Of a DNA stretch of 64,000 bases, positions 56,362 to 64,000 are shown piece by piece. The DNA is from Octopus vulgaris (taxonomy: Eukaryota), in contig OX597825.1 of assembly GCA_951406725.2 (NCBI GenBank), positions 82,088,001 to 82,152,000 of the forward strand. Direction: 5' to 3'. A model generated the notes under the pieces. That model was given only the letters and a program-made list of their open reading frames with translations, was not told the origin of the DNA and did no database searches. The position numbers were made by a program, and so were the translations under genes. Within the stretch, counting starts at the first letter, position 1. Every line of letters begins with the position of its first letter.

Positions 56362-57599
56362 GTGTGTATGTATGTGTGCGTGCGTGCGTGCGTGTGTGTG
56401 TGTGTGTGTGTGTGTAACCTAAATATAAAATCATTGATTACTTATTCTATAGATATAGAAACGGAATTTAAAGGAAGTCAGCTGCCAATTATATGGAGAG
56501 TAGTACTTCAGTAGTACTTTGTTTATTGGCTCTGAATGGATGGAAGGAAGGCGAAGTTGACCTCAGGGGAATTAGAACCCAGATCGTAAAGATCAGCAGT
56601 GAAATACTCTATGGGAATTTGTCCGGCGTCCTGATGGCGACAATTCGCCGTCTTAAACATACAATAAATGGCGGTAACAACACTTATGTCATAACAAGTA
56701 ACGTCTGTACACTAAAGACTTTATTCTACGACTAATGATGCAACCCTTGGCTTAAATAACAGACAGAACTAACTCACGAGAGACAGCATCACAACAATTA
56801 TCATCTTCCACAACAGCAAAATCATCATCAACACTAACATCATCACCAGCAACAACAACAACAACTACAACTACGACAACTTATTTGTCCTAAGTTTGAA
56901 AAAGCATTTCATGTTGTTTACGTGGAAGCTGTAAAATTAAGTTTAAAAACTTATGACTCATTCTTCATTTTGGTAAACAACAATTTCAACATTTTTTCCG
57001 GAAGATTCTTATCATCAAGGCAACAAATAGTAAATACATAAATATAGGTCAATGAATTCAATTTTCTTCAAATTAATTAAAATCTTATTTCAATTAATTT
57101 CGTTTTAATTATATATTTTGTTATACCGTACTTAACATTCTTATTCTTATTATGGTAGCAGAAAATATGAAAATAAGAGAAATAATATATTTCCTCTGTT
57201 TATTGTGATGAGTAAGTATTTTAAAAGTCGGTGACTGAAAGATAAATAAGGAAAGAAGCCAACGAATAAAAGAAGCATAAACAAATGCTGAAATGTAAAA
57301 GGTTTATATAAAAATTAAATTACAAGTTTCTGTTCATTTTTTATATGTCTGAGTAGAGTCGAACGTGAATATTTTGATCGCTGTTATTTTTCGTCGTCGG
57401 AGAACACTTTCACGCTTTGGAAGACATGTATTCATAACATGCGATTCTATCAAGTGTAAGAGGAATTTGAGATGCAGTAATGTTCCAACCTCTTCAGTCA
57501 AAAATACCACTTCGAACCTAAGGATCTAACCAGAGTACAACCTCCTGTACCTGGTAATCAACGAACAAATTATTGGTTGGTGCATGCAGATGCCTGCCA

Positions 57600-58095
57600 A
57601 TATAATAGTAGTTCATGGGGTGCATGTAGAACGGTGAGAACCCAGACAATAACGTGCCTAATCATTCTTAATGCATTCTGGTAGATTCGAATGTGAATGT
57701 GCTGATCGCTGTTGCTTTTCGTCATCGGAGAGATAACACGTTTATTTAGACGATGTGTGTCCATAACAGATGCGATTCACTGGTGAAAGGGTACAGTAAG
57801 ACATTGGAACGCATCAGCAAATGCTTTGCTTGCCGATTCTTATTAACAATAGCTCGTGCTTTTGTCTGATTCATTAGTCCGGCAGGGTAAATTTCACTGA
57901 TGAGACACATAATGAGGACGAAACATGGTGGTTTCTGAAAATCCCCCTCCACCAGTGAATGGCGTGATCTTCTCCGATGACGAAATGCAAAGCGGTCAGA
58001 TATTCACGTTTGAGTTCTCTAGAAGTATTAAGAATGAATAGACATGTTGTGGATTTGATTCTCATGTACCCAATGAAATAACAAGTTAATTTAAA
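57600..58095 (+). other. Long imperfect inverted repeat (rod-like fold) with an embedded decayed hammerhead motif at 57892-57940
   Basis: Arms pair by hand over ~240 nt each around apex agc-tcgt-gct (~57855); TTTCA-CTGATGA-g..c-GAAA-c..g-TTTC-TGAAA in the right arm. Confidence 0.75.
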
Positions 58096-58253
58096 ACATT
58101 TTGTTATGAAACAACGTATCCGCTAGAAGACACGTTCATTGAGATCGCTTTGGAATGAAGCTGTTTAGATAACAATATCCGTTTGTTCAAATTGGCTCGT
58201 GATTGTAATATTCATCTACTTTGTGTGTGTCTGTATGTGTGTGTATGTATGCT

Positions 58254-58586
<333 letters not shown>

Positions 58587-58965
58587 TGAACGCACCAACC
58601 TTCTGGGTGGTTATTCGCTTTTTGAGAAATAGAAGCCAAATCTCTCCTCCATTCAAAACCAAATACTTTAAAAACAAAAAAAGAAGGGACACACCACATT
58701 AAGTAGTCCTGAATAAACCTTGGCTGAAAGTAAGCTGGGATCACTTCTGATCATAGATCAACTGAGTCGCGGCTAGTCGGGTGCTAAACGACAGCAATAA
58801 CAACAACAACAACAACAGCAACAGCAACAACAAACTACGCGATGATTTTTGGCAAAAATATTAAATTCTGGCGCATGATAACCACATTTCTTGAAGTATT
58901 TGTGCACTCTGAATTTATTTTCTGGCAACGAAACAATTTTTGGAATGTATTTATCATAAATGTGA

Positions 58966-59200
58966 ATGCTCGTGGGTTAGTGGTTAGGCGTGTAGTTCTC
59001 TCGATCATGAGGTCGTGCTTTCGATTCCCAGACCGGCTGTGCGTAGAGTTCTTGAGCCAAACACTTCATTTCACATTGCTCCGGCCCACTCAGCGATGAG
59101 GATAGTCTTCCGATCAGGGGCAAAAGTCACCCTGCTCGTTAAACCAGCTAACACGATGCAAAGAGCATTCTAACCAGCGACATATAACAACATCACGTGA
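58966..59200 (+). mobile_element. Diverged tRNA-SINE with D-like head and C-like tail
   Basis: tgggttagtggttag..tttcgattccc..cttgagccaaacactt; tail aaccagcgacatataacaacatcacgtga. Confidence 0.7.
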
Positions 59201-59266
59201 TTTACCATAAAGAACATGATTGGGTAAGACTCATGAGCATTTTTACGATATTTATTTTTGCACATA

Positions 59267-59816
59267 TTGGGTTGTCCGGAGACTTCGTGACGATTTTTAA
59301 AGGCACGAAAAAGGTCAATAAATACTTGCCATTACATTTTTAATCAACCAATATATGAACCATTTTGTTGCACAATGCGTCTCCATCTTTCCTTTCACTT
59401 GAAAATACCCTCTTCCCAGAATTAGGTGGTTTCATGATATATATATATATATATATATGTATATACATCATCTAAGGAATTGAAATTTTTCCATTAAGAC
59501 TACCAGAGATCCGGAATTCACAAGGCAATATCTGGTGAATATGGACTATAGAAAACATCCCAGCCAGAAATGTTTGTCTATTCCCAAAGCCCAAGTGCCG
59601 AAGGACGCCTTAGTCTATCGCAGCGTTACTTAAAGGGTTACAGAATTAACACAGGTTGATAGGAACATAAACCTCCTTCCACGAAAAGATAGCTTAGACC
59701 GTGCTCTAAATGGAGGTGTAGTCAAATCCTATTTTATGAACTCAACCATGTTCTAACACATAAGTCGAAATGTAAGCTGGGAATGGAAACCGGCTCGAAC
59801 TTTCCGGACAACCTAA
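59267..59816 (-). mobile_element. Internally deleted mariner transposon with both TIRs and TA flanks
   Basis: TIRs ttgggttgtccggagacttcg / cgaactttccggacaacctaa (18 of 21 match); minus translation GWDVFYSPYSPDIAL (YSPDLAP motif) and FWEEGIFK*KERWRRIVQQNGSYI. Confidence 0.9.
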
Positions 59817-59852
59817 TAGGTTCACTTGGTTTGGTCACTGAGAGTCATCAGC

Positions 59853-59945
<93 letters not shown>

Positions 59946-60005
59946 CAATGTGATTATGTTTCTATGGCGTATGTGTTCCCCCCAAGCTGGAAAAAGATGT
60001 ATATA

Positions 60006-60608
60006 CACGCCCCAAGAGGCTTAAATAATTACTGTCTCTGATCCGGAACCTTATGCCCAAGGAGCTTTACAACGCACACACCTGGGATGAAACGATCGCT
60101 GGTAACCACTCGGACTGATCTAATCGTAGTGATAAGATATATACAGATCTTATATATATAGGAATATATATATCCATCATGCAGTATATATATATATATA
60201 TGCCTATATCTCTATATATATATATATATATCTCTATATTATATTTATATATATATATGTGAGGCCATGGATGTATATATTCTCATGCGATTATGTACTA
60301 TCTCGGATCACGGATACTCACGCCCCAGGGTTAAATAAACAAGATTCTAACGAAAAATCATTGACCTACGATCGGGTATCGGACTGATCTAATCGCAGTG
60401 AAAGTTATAACAGATCTTAAAATAGGAATACCTCTAACCCATCATGCAGTATGTCTGTCTTTGTGCCTCCCCTCTCTCTCACTCACTTTTTCATTCTCTC
60501 TTTGTTTTATAAATGTGAGGCCACGGATGGAATGTTTCTCATCGTAGGTCTACTGGATCACGGATGACTCGAGGTTAACCAACAACAAGATTCTATAAAA
60601 AATCATTG
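60006..60608. repeat. Diverged tandem repeat, ~270-310 bp period, two units plus a partial one
   Basis: tcggactgatctaatcg, ccatcatgcagtat, gtgaggcca, ggatcacggat, aacaagattcta and aaaaatcattga each occur twice in the same order. Confidence 0.85.
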
Positions 60609-61055
60609 AAGTGTTTCAGGTCAATGCAAACAACTAACAAAACAAACACAAGTCAGTGATGCTGTGCTCCCGCTCCTTATTACGCTGATCTATGAAAGCC
60701 CTACGGGAACTATGTACGGCTTGTTGACGTGAAAATATTATGCTACATAAGAGAGACGTGTTGTTGACAAAAAGATCAGATAATTTCACCCTGTCATCTT
60801 GCATCAGCTTTCAAATACGTCTGAAGCTGTTATCTTTTGATCTGTGGCGGAAATATAAGTAAAAAGGAGAAAAAACAAGAAGGCTTCGTTGGCGAGGAAT
60901 CCTGCTAAATTTTTGGGAAGTATGTGTGTATGTATCTGTGTGTGCATGTATTTAAGTAGGTGTGTGTGTGTGTGTGTATGTATGTAAGTTTTTGTGTGTG
61001 TATGGATGCATGTATGTATGATGCCCGCATGTATGTATTTGTGCGCGTGCCTATG

Positions 61056-61087
<32 letters not shown>

Positions 61088-61355
61088 ATGCACGCATGTA
61101 TGTATTTGTGCATGTGTGTATGTATGTAAGTAGGTGTGTGTGTATGTCTGTATGTATGTACGTATGTATGTATGCATGTATGTATGTGTATGTATGTATG
61201 TATGTATGTATGTATGTATGTATCCATCTATGTATTTGTGTGTGTGCGTATGTATGTATGTATTTGTGTGCGTATGTATGTATACATGCATTTATATATT
61301 TGCATGTGCGCGTATGCATGTAAGTAGGGGTGTATGCATGTCTATATGTATGTAT

Positions 61356-61412
<57 letters not shown>

Positions 61413-61759
61413 CATGTATGTATGTCGGTGTGTGTGTGTATGTGTGTGTGTGTGTGTGTGAGCATATGTATGTAAGTGTGTGTGAGTGTGCGTGTATCTA
61501 TGGTTTGAAAGATAGACATAGGTATGTATGCCTGCAGATCTGACTGTTTGCCTTTATGAAAATATACATGGATGGATGAATATATGTCTATATATGCGTA
61601 TATATAGTTATATGAATCTCACACACACAAACACACACTTTCTCTCTGTCTCTGTTACTTTTCCTCACTCTCTCTCTCTCTCTCAACATACACACACATA
61701 CGCATACACGAAAGTTAGGTAAAAAACGCTGAAGAGCATTTGATGCGTGAGCATATACA

Positions 61760-61856
<97 letters not shown>

Positions 61857-61858
61857 GC

Positions 61859-61892
<34 letters not shown>

Positions 61893-61930
61893 TTCTATCT
61901 ATCTATCTATCTATCTATGCCTACATACAT

Positions 61931-62009
<79 letters not shown>

Positions 62010-62047
62010 TAACAAAGGGAAATTGTAAGATACCGCACGAGTGGAAA

Positions 62048-62511
62048 TATATATGAGAGAAGGTTTGAAAATGCAATTTCAAAAGGTGTGTTTATTCACT
62101 TGACCGGTTTCACTTTTTTAGAAAAAGATTGTCAAAAGTAAAATGTAAAAGCTTTGTAAAAACTTTTTTGTGTTAAATACTGGTTGTCACAAAATATTAC
62201 AATACATATAAAAGTTCATTGAAAATATATACATTCTTTGAACAATTTTCTTATTATTATCAAAGAATGTATATATTTTCAAGGAACTTTTTAATATTTT
62301 CTCAAGATTTTTCCTTGTAAACTGTTTTAACATTTTTCTTCTTATTATTATCAAAGAATGTATATATGTATTGTAATATTTTGTGACAACCAGTACTTAA
62401 CAGAAAAAAGTTTTTACAAACATTTTACATTTTACTTTTGACAATCTTTTTCTAAAAATGTGAAATCGGTCAAATGAATAAACATCTTTAAAATTGCATT
62501 TTCAAACCTTC

Positions 62512-62520
<9 letters not shown>
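62048..62520. mobile_element. Fold-back element with ~160-bp terminal inverted arms; one-arm relative at 43455-43720
   Basis: agaaggtttgaaaatgcaattt / aaattgcattttcaaaccttct; ttagaaaaagattgtcaaaagtaaaatgtaaaa and its reverse complement. Confidence 0.88.
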
Positions 62521-62579
<59 letters not shown>

Positions 62580-62765
62580 GCAACACACAGACAAACACGC
62601 GCACACACACACGTACATATGTATACACACAAACACATAGATAAATATAAGTATATAAATATTCATATATATACATATATGTATATATTACATATACACG
62701 TATACATATATGAATATATGTGTGTGTATGTATGTATGGATATATATATACATATATACACACAC

Positions 62766-62821
<56 letters not shown>

Positions 62822-63064
62822 ATATATATATGTATGCATACATATATATCCATCTCTACCTATCTATCTATACACATGTATATATATTTATATCCACACA
62901 CTCCTATATACGTACGCTCGCACACATATCTTATGGGCGTCAAAATCTCCATAAATGTTACCACCAAGACCCGCCGCTGTGAAGTTGACCTTTCCTGTGA
63001 GAATTCAAATATAGTGTGGGGACCATCTCGGTTGCTTTCCCCGACTATGCAGGAGGGACTTGTA

Positions 63065-63126
<62 letters not shown>

Positions 63127-63160
63127 TAACCTACCTGTATATAAGTGTATATATATATAC

Positions 63161-63201
<41 letters not shown>

Positions 63202-63247
63202 CACACATATATATATATATATATATATAATTATATGTATATATATG

Positions 63248-63285
<38 letters not shown>

Positions 63286-63719
63286 CTTAAATATATATAT
63301 TTATGCATGGAGAGAGAGAGAGAGAGAGAGAGAGCGCGCGAGAGAGAGAAATAGATATGTACACAGGTACATGCACATAAACATACGTGCACGCGAGTGC
63401 GCGCACATACACAAACACACACACACAAACACATACAAACACATACTCACACACACACGTACACACACGAATACACACACTTACACATATTTCAGTGTAT
63501 GATCGACAGACTGATGCAGAGATATTGACAAAAAAAAAAGAAAAAGATATTGACATTCAGATACCCTGTTGGCCTTCTAGAAATAGCAGCAAAGTTACCC
63601 TGAAAGCACATTTTATCGTCTTAAAAAAAAAAAAAATTATAAAAGGAAATACCCAATTGGATAATGTAAGCCTAGATATACTATGCCTGAAAGTATTATG
63701 AAATAAATAACTAAATAAA

Positions 63720-64000
63720 TCTCTCTATATATAAAGCTGAAGTTGTCTGTGTTATGGCAGGTTTGGTAGCCTTCAACTAACACTATCTCCTCCGAGACCC
63801 TGCGGCGCAAGTTGACCAAAATTGAGATAGAAAAAGGCTTGCTCTTCCTTCCGTAGAAGAAAAAATTCAAATCAAACCTTGTTAAGGCCAACAATTATTT
63901 ACATCAAAACGGTGTTTGTTTTTCTATGAAAATCCCTACGTTTTACGATTTTTTGACTGCTGTGACGCCAGTTTTCGGTGTATTTCAACAAGAAAAATGT
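63720..64000 (+). mobile_element. Non-autonomous Helitron H1, runs off the window end
   Basis: A|TCTCTCTATATATAAAG start; reverse-complement homologue of 6550-6833. Confidence 0.82.

Noticed and set aside
57971-58000. tct-CCGATGA-C-GAAA..TC-aga as a second hammerhead in the rod-like region
   Set aside because: U4 is C and stem II is absent, so it cannot form the catalytic fold as written.

Overview
Eukaryotic, AT-rich, apparently gene-empty (intronic or intergenic) DNA. The extreme (TA)n/(CA)n/(TATG)n/(CTAT)n/triplet microsatellite load and the tRNA-derived SINE types point to an octopus genome (inference from recalled sequence patterns, no search run). I found no credible host protein-coding exon; nearly all listed ORFs are microsatellite translations. 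Recognisable content: at least four tRNA-derived SINE families (about 30 copies), 3' remnants of CR1, L2/CR1-like and R4/Dong LINEs, a DD37D (maT) and a mariner relic, a mariner-type MITE, three non-autonomous Helitrons and several fold-back elements. The most notable signals are (1) about 15 minimal type-I hammerhead-ribozyme-like motifs, two with intact cores, in short Penelope-like elements abutting TA tracts; (2) a tRNA-headed SINE carrying a decayed hammerhead tail, internally inverted and bounded by an exact 14-bp target-site duplication; (3) unique, hairpin-rich segments (25.5-25.9 kb and a 500-900 nt rod-like fold with an embedded hammerhead at 57.3-58.2 kb) whose mismatches favour G-U on the + strand, suggesting structured RNA. 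All pairings were done by hand and need computational confirmation.
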